A stretch of 52,351 bases of DNA, the filler included, from Sphacelaria rigidula (taxonomy: Eukaryota), in NCBI GenBank assembly GCA_964200075.2. It is 4 parts of 4 records of this genome, joined end to end, with 100 filler letters (N's around TTAATTAATTAA, not from the genome) between each part and the next. Parts side by side here need not be neighbours in the genome. Positions count along the whole stretch, not along the records: positions 26,228 to 39,239 come from CAXNAA020003230.1; 3 more parts are not named here. One strand, given 5' to 3'. A model generated the notes under the pieces. That model made no database searches, was not told where the DNA came from, and saw nothing but the letters and a program-made list of their open reading frames with translations. The position numbers and the translations under genes were made by a program. Shown here in pieces: positions 26,290-39,339 of this stretch (its first letter is position 1; each line of letters begins with the position of its first letter).

Positions 26290-26950
26290 AGGGGGGAGGG
26301 GGGGGGTTCACATGGGGGTGGGTACCTGCTCGCAGAGTAGCCGGAAAACCCACCAATCAACCATATGTGTTCGGAAGTTTCCCGCGGAAAATTGAGTCAG
26401 GAACGCGGCCTAAGTGGAGGCAAGTGACGACTTTGATAGTTGTGACTGGTCAGAACAATCACTTTGTTCCGCTCTAGATGGACTACAGGTGAACTACCTC
26501 GCAGCGAAGCTGTATTTGACATCTGTCCGTTTTGATCACAACCGTTAACTATGGAAAGCATGCGTGCTTCAAAGCTTTGCTCGTAGTCTTCGCCCCCTGC
26601 CTGATACTCTCGTGTTGCTAGCATCGCTTCACACTGTAGTGTTGTTGTGGAACCCAAAGCAAGACATCAGCACCGTTCAGTAAGTAGACTGCCACGGAGA
26701 GCGACGGCAAGCTGACTGTTTCCTACCACTGTATTCAACCATTGATGAAAGAAGTTCGCATGTACGGTAGAGTAGTAGCAGCAGCTGCAGCCGCAGTAGT
26801 ACAGAGACAATAAAAAATAAACTACGGTCGAGATTGTGCGACATGTGTCCAAGATCAAAACACACTCGAGGTGTGCCAGCTGTGCGCCGGGATTAGACGG
26901 TGCAGTCCCATCTGAGTCCACCTCCTGGGTGTTCGCGGTGAAAGGGTTAG
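26290..26950. mobile_element. Diverged relative of the piggyBac-like MITE at 8635-9386
   Basis: Colinear similarity to ~8712-9110 (gcaga.. agccg.aaa...aatcaacca...atcact.tgttcc...gactacaggtg.actac.tcgc...ctgtagtgt.gttgtggaac...agacatcagca). A candidate end AAAGGG|TTAG lies at ~26941-26950. Confidence 0.5.
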
Positions 26951-28600
26951 CAAGACCAAATGAAGAAGCGAGAGCAAAGCGAGCGTCCAAAAGCAGCATG
27001 CTGGTTGGTCGCCTCGATATCACCTCACCGCGGGATGTCGCGTCAACCAATCAACAGGCCTCTTGTAGACACTGGCTTTGCTCTCCGCTCCTCTTTTTGG
27101 TCCCGCTAAGATGGGCCCTTAACCCTTTGAACGCCGGGCCTCTTTTCGGTGCAACATATCTGAGCAAGATGGAGTACAGACAGGACAGTACAACCTATGC
27201 GTCACAGAAGAGCGTAAAAAGAATATGAACAACATTCAGTACAGACACAGTGCAGTACTACCTGCACAGTAGGATGTGGATGACAGTTTGCATACCGTAG
27301 TACCCCGGGCTGCGGACATAAAATACTGGCACCGTGGTGCATGCGGCGGTGCAAAGGAGATGATGAGTGATTGTGATACTGCACTAAGACAAAGCCGTTG
27401 TTTGGCTGGTTTTACTAGGGCGATATTTTATGCCACGAAGCGTGAATGTTTAGCTACTGAGGATCGCCGTTGGAGAATACGGGACCTTACACCGTGCGGT
27501 GTTCTCCGTGATCGCTCTCGTTGCTCTCATCGCTCTCATTCAGTCGCAGTTGCACTGGGGACTGTCATCAAGCCCCCCTTCCCCCCGTTCTTCTTGCCTT
27601 GTGCTATTGTTTTATTTTATTTTCTACTGTTGTGTTATATTTTGTTCTCTGTGAGTTTGTCATTTCGAGTCAAGTGGATACTTTGAATATCGTATTTTTC
27701 GCTGGCGTGTGTGTAGTGTGAGAACCCCGCCCTTTGGGCTGACGTGTTTTCATGTTGGTGGGTGTGTTATTCAGTTTTTTCTTGTATTCTGTCTTTTTGT
27801 GCCATGGCTTCATGACCACAAGCGCTAGATTTCTGGAATAGGGCTAATTCGAGGAGCGACGACAATGACAACGACAACTCGCACACGAGCACGCGGCTGC
27901 GAAGATAGGCAAATGTGATGTTGGACGTACGGAGCAAAAATTATGCTTTTTTTTCGATTCCTCCGTAACCGCCGGAGTTGCCAGATCGCCTCGTTCAAAT
28001 AGTGATGAAAGGGCGAGCTGGGCCTATCGTGGTTCTACTATACTGCCATCTCACGCATTTACCCCCGACAACACCCCTCTTCTGCAGAAATTCAGAACCC
28101 CGAACCGCTCACCGGCGCAGCACGGCGTTTTCAATGTGGCCGAAGTAGCCGTTTTTTTCTTGCATTTTTTGGGGACCGATCTGGAACCGATCCGAGGTTT
28201 CCGGGTCTCTAAGGGTTGAGGAAGATGACTTACTTGAGCCGAGGCCAGCCTGGGCCGAAAGCAGTGCTTCGTTCGTAGCGTACCGGTTCTTTGCTCGTCA
28301 GCGCGGCACAGGGCGTGTCTTATGCGCCTTGTACTCTGTACTATACTATCACTATACCGCACTCTCCGAGATGTATCCACCGGCAGCGTCTCCAGGGCGT
28401 TGAGGTGTTTGGGCAAGGCCTGCTGCGGCAAAAATTGTGGCATCTGGCGGCGGCATCTGCTCTAAAGTTGATCTTGGAAGGAAACGACAAGAACACTGTC
28501 TTCCGAATACCCGAAGGATCGGGTTTACAGTTTCGGGGGGGGGGGGGGGGATACTAACTTCCCGCAAGCGAAATCCATTCGTGGTGGTTTAAATGATGAA

Positions 28601-28611
28601 ANNNNNNNNNN
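28601..28611. other. Small N gap with duplicated flanks
   Basis: polyG-atactaacttcccgcaagcgaaatccattcgtg occurs on both sides (~28535-28583 and ~28658-28713). Confidence 0.85.
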
Positions 28612-28770
28612 ACCACTTCACTCCTGCTGGAGGTCTCCTGTCTGGTGGCGCTGTGTGAGGGGGGGGGGGGGGGGGTGTGTATACTAACTTCCCGCAAGCG
28701 AAATCCATTCGTGTTTGTTTCAATGATGACATCGTCTTGTTGTGCGTCCACTGGTTCTTTTTTTCGGCAG

Positions 28771-31700
28771 GACAAGAACAGCAGCAGCAGCAAGGCAAAA
28801 AGTGCTGGCCACAAAGATTCCTCTCGTCCGTCAGACTCTCGTTCCAGATCACACTCGTCTCCTCCTCGCAAGAATGTGATGAGAGCAGACAGGGATCGGG
28901 AGAGAAGAAGAGATCGGAGCAGGAGTCCCAGCGTGCAATATGATTCTGACGAGAGGAGGAAAGCAAAGGAGGCCAGGTATTGACATGAAGATATCTATAC
29001 GGTGCTCTTGACCGTTTGATCGCCCGTTGTTTTTGTTGCCAGGTTTTTCATCCCCCATGGTAATTGTTGGAGTTCAAGGAAGATGACTTTTGTTGACGTC
29101 AATGGACAAGAAATGGGCATGGACAAGAAGAAGGAGTTATGTTTTTATTTTCTTGTAGCCAATAGGCGTGCATTAGCCTTTGCCATGGTCTAGTGGGGAC
29201 GATGCACACTTATTTTATCCATGTATCTTCCTGCCATGTGTGCTGAAATCCTTGTTGAAGGCATCGTACATGGACTTGTGCTGCGAGCTCTGCTGCGACG
29301 TTGCTATATTGCGACGATAATATGATGATGGCTGCGGTTCGTTCAACAACAAGTATGACGAGCGGCATATGCACGGCAACCCCCTATTCAATGGTCGTTG
29401 TATCTCCACCAAAAATCCAAGTAGTTTTTCCAACACCAGCAAAAAGCCCACCCGTTGAGCGTTCAAGTACTGGTCCGGGGGGCAAACGGGTTACGTCGGC
29501 CCTGGGTGCGGATCGTAGTTTGCAACAGACCGTTTGGTGTTGATTCTGGCTCGAGATATCGTCGAGAGGACATGAGTACCCCATGAGACTTTCTCCCCAA
29601 GATTGAGCTCTCAGCTCAGCTTTTACATACAGCATCGATGGTCGCGCTAACGGCGCAATTTGCTTCGTATGGTGCCTACCCGTGCCATACGTATAACGTA
29701 CGTGACCAGGCACTGTTATGAGCTAACTCGCCGTTCTGTGTGATTGGACATTTGCGCTTTTTCAGGCGCGAGCAAAAGTACCAGGAGAAACTGGCGGCCA
29801 AAAAGGCTCAACGACGGGCGACGGAGTCTGCGGCTGCCAAACTCGAGAGGAAAAAGAAGGCTAAGATGGATAACACCGCCGCACACTTTGGGTGAGATAA
29901 CATACTGTACTTGGACAACCGAACGTGCTGCGGAGGGTTTTCGTTGGCGTTCTCGATGACCGCTTGCAGGCGAACTTCGATGGCTTTTTGCGGAGCTGGG
30001 CGGGGAGAGGGGCCAAGACTATGTAGACCGTGTAGGGATCTTACCTGATTTTGGGGCAGCTCGTGTATTTTCTTCTTGCGAGTGTGGCACAAAGTGGGGG
30101 CTGCATCCGCTGAGCCGATACCTTGATATTTTATCGCTCCTTGTCTTGTTGGACCATCGCGCGCGTTTTTTTTTTTCTTCAAGGTACTCCAACGATATCA
30201 ACCCATTTGGAGACTCTAACCTGACGGAGCAATTCGTGTGGGGCAAGAAACGCGAGAAGGAAGGAACAGCGAGCGACGCGCTCACCAAACGAGAGCTGCG
30301 CGAAAGGCAAAGGAAAAATGTGCTAGAGATCGAAAAGGTGCGACTTCCCCCTCCCGCGCCGCCCCTAACCCATTTTGTGCAGACTCACACAATGCGTAGA
30401 ACCAGAGTCTTCAATGCGTAGAACCAGATTGTGACCAGATTGTGCTGAGCCAGACAGCACTCGTATTTTCCTGCTTGCAACACGACGGAGTTGGTGCCAT
30501 CTGGAGATACGTCGTGTCGGTCAGCTTGCACTATTACGATGGCGGCATGCCCGCCCGCGATCTAAGGTTGTTGATAGCCAACGATGTCGCGTAGCCGTGG
30601 CGTAGGTTTCGTGGTTCCATGCAGGATCGGGTGCTGTCGATTATTCCGGCATTATGTTTGTGCATACACCGACAATCTAGGTATTGTCTCGGCGAATCCG
30701 GGGGAATATGTTTTGTTTGTGGGACCGGGCGACGCAAATGTTGACGGAACATGGTAGATGTGCAAGCGGGGATATGATCGCATCGCAGGAGGAGTAGCCA
30801 TGGCGTTCACAGTCGCGGTCAGCAAATGTCAACCTTGTACTGTGCTGAGTCGTTTTGTGGTGTCTGTCGTCATGCATCTGCGGCAACTTACTTGGGGGTA
30901 GGTGCGTAAAAGGCGGGATGATGCGGAGGCTGAGAGAGAGGAGATGGAGCGCCTCAAGGCAGAGGAGGCGAGACTGAGAGAGCAGCAGCAGTACGGGGAC
31001 TGGCAGAAGAAGGAGGAGCATTTCCACCTCAAGCAGGCCACACAGAGGTCCAAGGTGTGTGTGTGTCTATGTGTGTCTGTGTCTATGTGTGTCTGTGTCT
31101 GTGTCTGTGTGGGTGTGACCGTTATTCAGGATGATGTTGGAGGCTGCTCCAGAATGGTGCTAGGAGGGTTGAGAAATGAAAATCGGAGTAACCGTACGCT
31201 TATTTCGAGGATTGCGGGCTGTTACTTTCCAACACTGTGCTGACGTGCGTAACGCAAGGTCTTGAATGCATCGCCCGCCGGTAGGAGGGCAGGTGGTGTG
31301 TAGGCGAGGTGGCGTACGGATGCAAGACGATTTGTTTTAGCTGAAAAAAGCACCTGATTGAGGAGTCAACGACAAGCGACAAGCCTCATTGCACCCAGCC
31401 GACATGGGTACGGCGAAGATTGTTGCTTCGCTCTGCTTGACTGTTCCAGCACAAGGGATGCATTGTACTGACATCATGTCTCCATGTTACACGCGTTTTA
31501 TGAAATTCTCGTGGTATTAGACCTGGAACTCCCTCGCACTTTCTGTTGCCTTATCTTCCACTCACGCGCCTTTGGCTTGCTCTCGATTTGACACTCCTGT
31601 CATTGCTTACTGTTGTTGCTGCGCTCATCAGATTCGCTTGGTTGAGGGTCGCGATCGCCCCATCGACCGCCTGGCGAAGAACGTGCTCTTGTATGGTGAA

Positions 31701-34700
31701 CGTGACGAGGGGTCGGAAGATGTGAGTGTGACTGTATCAACATGTGGACAACCTGCCAATTGACCAAAGCTGTTGGTTGGTATCGCTTGTCGCTATTATA
31801 GTGGTCATCGCTCTCGTTCATTGCTCTTGGTGTTGGTGTCGTTGCGGGCTCCTTCGTCCATGTCTAGATGTGCCCTAGTACTTGTATGCCTACCCGATTG
31901 CCCAATCCAAGAGGATGAGAGATGAGAGTGAGCTGCCAGTTTAATCCGGTGAGGAACAATCGGGCACTTGACCCATGCACCTACAGATGAGGTAGATGTT
32001 AAGGCTAGTGTTTCGGAGCCTCTAAATCAAGGTAGGCGACAGCCATCTCAGCGCCGCGAGTATTGATGTCCTTCAAACTCTCGATCGGGACACCGGCCTC
32101 ATGTGAAACAGTATACATAACGTAGGTTTTGTCCATTTATTTGTTTTGCAGGTGACTGACTACATGCGAGAAAATAGGCGGAGAATCACCAACCCCTCTA
32201 GCAAGCAAAATGTCGTTATTCCCACATGCACGCGCTGTTACTAAGACCTTCGGCGTTTTTTTTTTCAAGATGACGGAGCCCTACCTGTCATGGTCGAATT
32301 ACTCACCTACAATGACTTTCACATCCTACAAAGCTGTTCGGTCGTGATGAAGGCCGGTCGGTCTCTAGAGGGATAGCTGATAAGTTTCAGTTGACTTGTG
32401 AAAAATAAGGTTTCTGTTGGCCGCTCTTCTTTTTTGTTTGACCAGTTAGTTGCTTGCCATGAGCGTATTATTGTACTGCGTAGTATAGTTTATCACACTC
32501 CAATCGGCATCCTTAGTGTATTGTGCTTCAGCGACCTTGGGATGCCGTACACCTACATCATTGTGATTCCGAGTCCTTGAGTTCAGTACGGGCCGTTAAC
32601 AACGAGGGTGCCGTATGAGCACTGTTGATCGCCTGTGCGCACTGTGGTGCATGTGATGTGATGAGGAAAACCACGAATTGTCACGCTCTGAGTATGCTTC
32701 GTTTTGTTTGGTGTAGCGGTAGCTTGGCACTTGACACATTAAATGTGACACTGAGTATGCCTCTAACCATTCGAGCGACAGTTGTTCTTCTGTAAAGTGT
32801 CGAAGTGGTGAAGCCATGCTAACGTTGATATATGTATTCATCACACAAACACCACCGCGTTTGACGTTTCATTTTCTTATCTGACCACGTCATATGGGGT
32901 ACATGTTGCCAAATCGTGTTTCGCTCGGTGTACATGGCTCTGCCGCGTCTCGCAGGCCTTTGTTGCCTTTGTTAAGCCAGCCCTACACGCGCAGAGCGCT
33001 ATGGTGCTCCTTCTCCCTTTCAGTTGGGTTTGATCCGCCAAGATTCCCCCCCGAATTCATCCTCAATCATTCTTCTTCCTGCACCTAGTCCACACTCAAG
33101 ATGCGGGAGAACTGGTTCTTCGAATCAGTTCCCAGCTCTACAAAATAACGTTATGTCGCTCGAGGAGTCATGGTCCATGATGAATCAAGAGGTGCCGCTG
33201 GGTTTGTGCCGTTTGGCGCACGATCGCTGTTGGTTTCTGCGGTGCTCGTGACATGTAAACCCAAGTGTAATTTTCCGGGTTAAGGCTCACCCCTCCGCGT
33301 CTTGTTTTCCTAATTTTTGTTCGTTGCGTGGTGATTGTTCTTCATCGGGTGTCCGTCAGGTTGGGATTAAGTACGGAGGCAAGGGAGATGTGGACATCAG
33401 CGGCTTGGACATGGAGCTCAGAGAGCCCTACAAGGTGATACAATGTGCATGGGTTTCCGATATTTTCCGCTTTTGTTCGATAGTTCACCACTGTATCACT
33501 CTGGACACCACGGAGAGGTAGCCAATCATGGTATGGTGGAATGAAACCGTGGTAGGACCGGTTGGGGTGGGGTGATCGCAGGCTCGGTGCATTCCCGGTT
33601 GGAAACAACCGCACTGTGTTTTTCCTGAGCGTTTGCCCCGGGGCACTTCTGCGGTCGTCAACGCCAAAGTCTCGCGGGGCCAATTCTGACTACAACGAGG
33701 GAGGAAAATGTGATCGGACTGAAAGCTTGGCGTAGACACCGAACCTGAGGTACCTTTTGCGATGCTATCTCTCCTTTGACTGAAAAATGGCTATTTTACT
33801 CTCGGTAATACCACTTTGAGGTATTCCAGAGAGGTTATAAAAAAAGGCAATCCGGAAGTTGCATTTAGGTTATCGAGAAGTGCGTTTAGAAGAACTTTGC
33901 GGCCGAATTGAGTATAGTCCAGCGAACGCCAAATGAAGGTTCAGCGCTTGGACCGACGGGTCCTGATCAATTCATTTGAATTTAGAGCAACATGCAGGCT
34001 AATATTGCCCTGTTTTTTGTTTCGGGTGCCTCATTACATTCAAAGCCTCATCGAGATTCGAACATTTAGTGCATGACACTCACGTCTAAGAGAAGATATC
34101 GTCATGGGTGGAGTCTCGTAGAGGTCGGTCCCACGGTCTTTCCAAGGAGAAGACAAACGGTATCCAACGTTTTGACCCATCGCAAACGAAAGGTGGTGCT
34201 CCTGACTATCCCAGGGTTACTTCGTAAGAGTGTCGATGTTTTGACAATACCTCTTATGGGTTTAGGGGCATCATGCAGTCCACTGGCAAGCGACTGATGC
34301 GTCGAACAACTTTCCCTAGGTAAAGTCGTTTGGGGAGGGGATATGCTCATCTCATCGTCGGGGAGGGAATAGGGTGATCTCGCATCAGCAGCTGGACTAC
34401 ATGCGTCCTAGTCACCACTCGCTTGTTTAGGGGCATCGACATTCGTATCTGCAGGCCCTGATGAGACTAAAACCCCAGCGCGTACTTGTGGAGTGAGTGT
34501 ACGGCTATTTTCAGGTAACCTGCGCCACCATGAACCCACCGCTCAAATCCAAGTTGACCAATGTTGTTTACATACTATAATGCGTCATCTATAAAAAAAT
34601 GAGTCTCTTGGTGAGTTTTCGGATGTGTTGAACTCGAACATCTTCAAAACGTGGCCTTGGTGATCGCGTATGTGCCCTCCGCTTGAACGTGCTGCCAGCC

Positions 34701-37700
34701 GTGGAAATTTTCACGACTGGGAAAGCTAGCTGTTTTTTGTGAAAACGCTCGCTGCTTGTACTGCTGTTACCACTGCGACGGTGCCCCATGTATCTGTAAC
34801 CGTGCGTGTGTGCTTGCTTGCTTTTGCATCAATGCGTGTGTTGCCCTCCTGAAGCTGTGCGACGGCTTGACTTTGGAGGAGCTGGAGGAGCTGCAAGCAG
34901 AGATCAAGCAATACCAAGAACTCGTCGGGGAGAACGGGTGAGTGGAATTATGCACAAGAAACATCTAGGTTACAGTGTACTCTTCCATCTATGGCTAGGG
35001 TACGAGGTATAGCGTCCGACTCCGCGTATTTTGAGGGGTGCATGCTGTAGCTACTGGGGGGTACTCGAGTACCCCCCCCCAGGTACCCGGACACACGCAA
35101 TACTTTCGGCGGCCGGCACCCGAAGTAACTCGCAATTCCTCGTACCGCAGTACAGTACTTTGTGCTCCCAATATCAGACGATATATTCGAGTAGTTTGAG
35201 GAGCGCGTTTCCGAGGTACCGGGGGAGGCGATTGCTCAGTACCTGCAGGTCCTGCGGAGCACTTAGTACTGCAAATGCTCTGGTTGTTCATAGTAAACTG
35301 GGGTATGATTATGCTTTACCTTCAGCATTGGATAATTAGCATGGATACTTTGCTACGCTGTCTTGAAAGATATCATACTCGATCATCGGGGAGTTGTAAC
35401 GCGCACGAGTCCGAACTCAGTGTTGAACAGGAATTATCAGAGTCTTGAAGCTACAAGTGTACCCGTAGGCAATAACAATTAAACTACATTGAGTGAAAAC
35501 CGCGGTATCTGAATGCATGAATGACGTGAGACACGCGGCCTCGTCACATGGCTCTTTCACAGATTTTGTGGCAAATGTTACTAGCCCTGTAATTCAGCGG
35601 TTGTACTCGACACGGGAAAAACAGAGGATCATGCCTCGGTCGTCTGCGTACAGGGTTGATCATTCGCTGCGCTCTAGGATGTTACTACACGTGCTGGGTG
35701 CCTTTCGTCGTATTCCATGTACAGCTGCATCGGCACATCGGCACACGAACTCGCTCGCGATCGTTTCGGTCGCCAGCGAGGTAAGTGTTGGGTTGGGTTT
35801 CCTCCTTCCATCAAGTGAAAAACAAAGAAAAAAAAAGCTGCATACAACAACTCGTTCTCTTGCAACATCTGGCCGCCATACTTCCGCTGTGGTTTGTGTC
35901 TAGTGTTCTTCAAATCCCCGGATGTTGTGTCCCGATTGTCGTTGTTGCTGTTGTTGTCCAGACCCAATCGGGGGTTTTGGATGGCCTTGGGGGTTATTTG
36001 CGAAGACAAGGTGGCCAAGGCGAAGGCGCTCCTTGGAGAAACGGAGGAGGGCGTGGCATCTGGTGGATTGCACAAGGTGACCATTCTCACCACTCTCACC
36101 ACTTTCACTACTCAGGACTTGTGCGAATGTGATCCCTGTTGCATGTTGGCACTTGGTGTTATTTGTGTTCGGGGTGAAGAAGGGGAGGCGGAGGTATAAG
36201 TACATGAAACGACCATTCCAACCGCTTGTAGACCCCATCCTATCGTGTATAAATACTCTTGTTGCGCAGTCATGCTACGTTGTATCGTGAATGCTGCGAA
36301 TGCGTTCGTTCATGGGTGAATATTGTTCACGTCTGACTCACTTACACTGATGCTGAGGTCTCCGCCTCCGCCTCCGCCTCCGCCTCCGCCTCCGCATTGT
36401 CGGTTCCTACTGGCGATCGATGTCTCACATTTATTTACTCGAGTTGCCTGCAAAATGTCAAGTTGCGTCCATGGGGTGATGGATTGATGTGCTGTTGCGA
36501 ATGTATCCGTGCTCATGTTGACTCCTTGATTGATCGATTCATTTATTCATTCATTCACTGGCGGACTGACTTGATCAGACTGTCGTCGAGGACGTGGCCG
36601 CGAAGTTCGATAACCAGAGCGTGGAGGAGTTAGCGAAACAAGAGAGTGCCATTCAGGAAAAGCTAGACTCGGGGGATGCGGCTGTTGACTCAGAGTTCTG
36701 GGAGGCCGTGTTGAAGGAGCTGCATGTGTATCAGGTACAAAAACATAATTTAGTGACGACACGAGCACAGCAAAACTGTTACAATACTTTCATACGCAAG
36801 GTCTCATCGTGTCATCGTATCACCTCGTCCACACAATTGGTATATTGCTGTATTGATTGCTATTGCCCCGACCCTTGGGAGCTTGTACTATTAACAGCTC
36901 TACATGCCGTCAAACTAGTAGGGAGAAGCACTCAGCGCGCTGTGCACTCGATGCCGCCCTTGTTGCGCTGTGCATATTGTTGAAGGGCCTGGGACTGACG
37001 ATCGTTTGCTCGTCAGTCTTTGTACCTCCTCACTGCCGTACCGTTTGGTAGCTGCTCATGCGACACAGGAACCGTCAAGAACCGTGCTGCCTGCGGAAAT
37101 TTTCTGGTGGTATTTTTGTGTTCAATGGCGTACGAGTGCGGATAAAATGTCAAGTAGTACTCCACCCCCGATACGCGGTTTGGTTTCTCGAGTCTACACA
37201 AAGCTCACTTGCATGCTTGTTGGTGTGTAAACAAGTTCTGTGTTGTAGCCTTTAGGCGGTGCTTGGGGGCGGGTGTTGTTGGAGGATGACGCACGCACGG
37301 GCTGGGCGGGATCACCAGGTTTTTTGCTTGGTAGTAGTGTGTCATGTTGTAAGAACTCCATCCCAGCGTGGTGTCGGGGAAGGCACGCGGTGCTGCTGTG
37401 GACTTACTTGATTTTGTTCTAGTGTGGCGTTTACACATATCTAGCAACACGTTCTTTTTGTGTGGTGACGTCTCAATTGCACGGAATCCCGCCTTGGCTG
37501 TTGTGGACTTGCCTTGTCGGCTTGATTCTTGGCGTGTACTGTCGTTGTGACATGTCAAATGTGTGGTTTCAGCGTGGTGTGTCTCGTTTTCCCTCGTCCG
37601 TTTTCATGTTCGTCTGTGCAGAATTTTGACTTTTGGTCCGTTTTTTTGTCGTGCGACAGGCGATGGCCCATCTGCGTGAGGTCCACCAGTCCATGCTGGA

Positions 37701-38489
37701 GGCACAGCTGACGCGTCTCGAGTGTGAGTTGTCTGTCGTGTTTGCGTACATGCTATATGTACAGAGTAGGCAGATCGGAGTTGCCTTGCCCAAGAGGGGG
37801 TTCGTCCCCTGCGGAAGTGTCGTCTAGCTCCATAGTCGTGCATGTCTGCAAAGGCGCTGCTCGTACATACTACGCCGCTGTGTAGTATGGAGTGCGTTGC
37901 TTTCCCGGCGTCAGCTCACCAAGTGAGAAGTTCCGTGCTTCTCTTCGAGTGTGCAGCACCAGCACCCTCAGTTGTTTTGGTGTGGTTGTAGCAAGCTGCC
38001 GTCACCAGAAACCAAGCGCCTTTTCTGTAGTTTCGCATGAATATTGACGCCAAAGACAAGCTCAAGGTTTCCGACGTTACATTTTTTCATTCTTGCCCCC
38101 CCCCCCCCCCCCCCCCCCCCCCAACCCTCACCCACCCCCTCCCTCCCATATCCCCCCGCTCGCTCTCATTCATTTTTTTTTTTTTTTGTTGTTTTCCAAT
38201 GTCCTCCCAATATATTGTGGTGTGCCTGCTCTTCGGATCAGTGTTCATGTCGGGAATTGATGAAGTTCACGTCCACCCCCATGCGGCTGACACCATGGCT
38301 TGCGTGTCCACGTCGATATGTCTGTGTATCGAATTCCCAGCGATGCGTGACCAGATGAAGACGAAGCGTGCTCGACGGGCCGAGGACGGAGAAGAAGAGG
38401 AAGGGGACAGCGAAGGAGCGGGGGAGGGGGCGGATGAACAGGGCAACGAAGAACGTGTGGCAGCTGCGGATTCGTCAGCCTTGGCCCTG
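28771..38489 (+). CDS. CACTIN: Cactin (spliceosome-associated protein), N-terminal and mid domains; start exon and C-terminal domain not found
   Basis: Eleven phase-consistent GT-AG exons: 28771-28976 (RS-rich), 29766-29891, 30184-30337 (GYSNDINPFGDSNLTEQFVWGKK), 30902-31054 (WQKKEEHFHLKQATQRSK), 31632-31721 (IRLVEGRDRPIDRLAKN), 33360-33434 (ELREPY), 34855-34937 (GLTLEELEELQAEIKQY), 35962-36076 (FWMALGVIC), 36579-36734 (VDSEFWEAVLKEL), 37660-37723 (AHLREVHQSML), 38341-38489. These are hallmark Cactin_mid motifs. Confidence 0.93.
34995..35275. repeat. Intronic interspersed repeat rich in AGTACT/GTAC palindromes
   Basis: Contains the perfect palindrome GGGGGGTACTCGAGTACCCCCC (~35056-35077) and several gtac/agtact motifs. 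Only one copy is in the window. Confidence 0.5.
36360..36395. repeat. (CTCCGC)n microsatellite
   Basis: Six tandem hexamers in a cactin intron. Confidence 0.9.
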
Positions 38490-38844
38490 GTAAAACTATG
38501 GGCAGCTCGAATACATACTTATTATGTTCTAATCTTCGTGTTCCGACAATCGATGATGATCTCGGCAACTCATCTTTTTATTATTGCTAGGGCTCATGGC
38601 CCAGGCATGTTGGCTTGAAGGTGGAGAACAAGAGAAGTAACCCGATAGGGGGTTGATAACACTAGTCAACAACTACTGGAACCACACCTCAAGCCAATCA
38701 CCCGAAGGTCACATAAATGCCCCGCGTAATACTCCCTACACATGAGAAACTTCCAGCGGGAACTTCCCATCAAATATTCGACCATGATATTGTGCATATT
38801 ACCCAGAAGATATCGTTGTTACTGACCGAGATATCAACCGCCGC

Positions 38845-39176
38845 GCCCCGGTGGTGTAACGGTCCAACTGTCGCCATTAGGGTGGAGAGAACGAGGGTTC
38901 GATTCCCGATGCGTTGGGTTTTTTCTGCGTATCGTCTGATTTCCACAGTGGAAAGCGTGAGAGCGTGAGTAAACAAAGTATTCGATTGAGTTTGTTTGAC
39001 TTGGGTTGACGCGGTGCGATAGTGCTGATAGTCATGACCCAATCCGCGAGACCAAAATGCAAGGCACGTACCGGGGAAGAGACGGGATGATCCATTGAGA
39101 GCACAGACATGTCCTGAGGAAGGGGAGGGGTTCAAAGTGCGACAAAAAAGAATGATATATATATATATATATATAT
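38845..39176 (+). mobile_element. tRNA-derived SINE, apparently full length
   Basis: Head gccccggTGGTGTAACGGtcc (A-box), then GGTTCGATTCC (B-box, ~38896), a ~250-bp body and an (AT)n tail. An inverted copy is at 5447-5777. Confidence 0.78.
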
Positions 39177-39239
39177 AATTTTTTTTTGCAGTCTCTCACC
39201 CCAGTTGTTGAGCATTGCGGGTGGGAAAAGTATGCTGGA

Positions 39240-39339
39240 NNNNNNNNNNNNNNNNNNNNNNNNNNNNNNNNNNNNNNNNNNNNTTAATTAATTAANNNNN
39301 NNNNNNNNNNNNNNNNNNNNNNNNNNNNNNNNNNNNNNN
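39240..39339. other. Assembly gap (100-bp spacer)
   Basis: N run with TTAATTAATTAA linker. Confidence 0.97.

Noticed and set aside
27860-28035. Cactin start exon candidates (ATG at ~27865 or ~28005)
   Set aside because: Neither gives a convincing phase-0 donor and cactin-like peptide, so the start is left unresolved.
28535-28713. Direct repeat around an 11-N gap
   Set aside because: The duplicated flanks sit next to poly-G runs at a gap, most likely an assembly overlap artefact.
38845-38915. tRNA gene
   Set aside because: It has A/B boxes but no convincing cloverleaf or acceptor stem, and it continues into a dispersed repeat body with an AT tail, so it is a SINE head.
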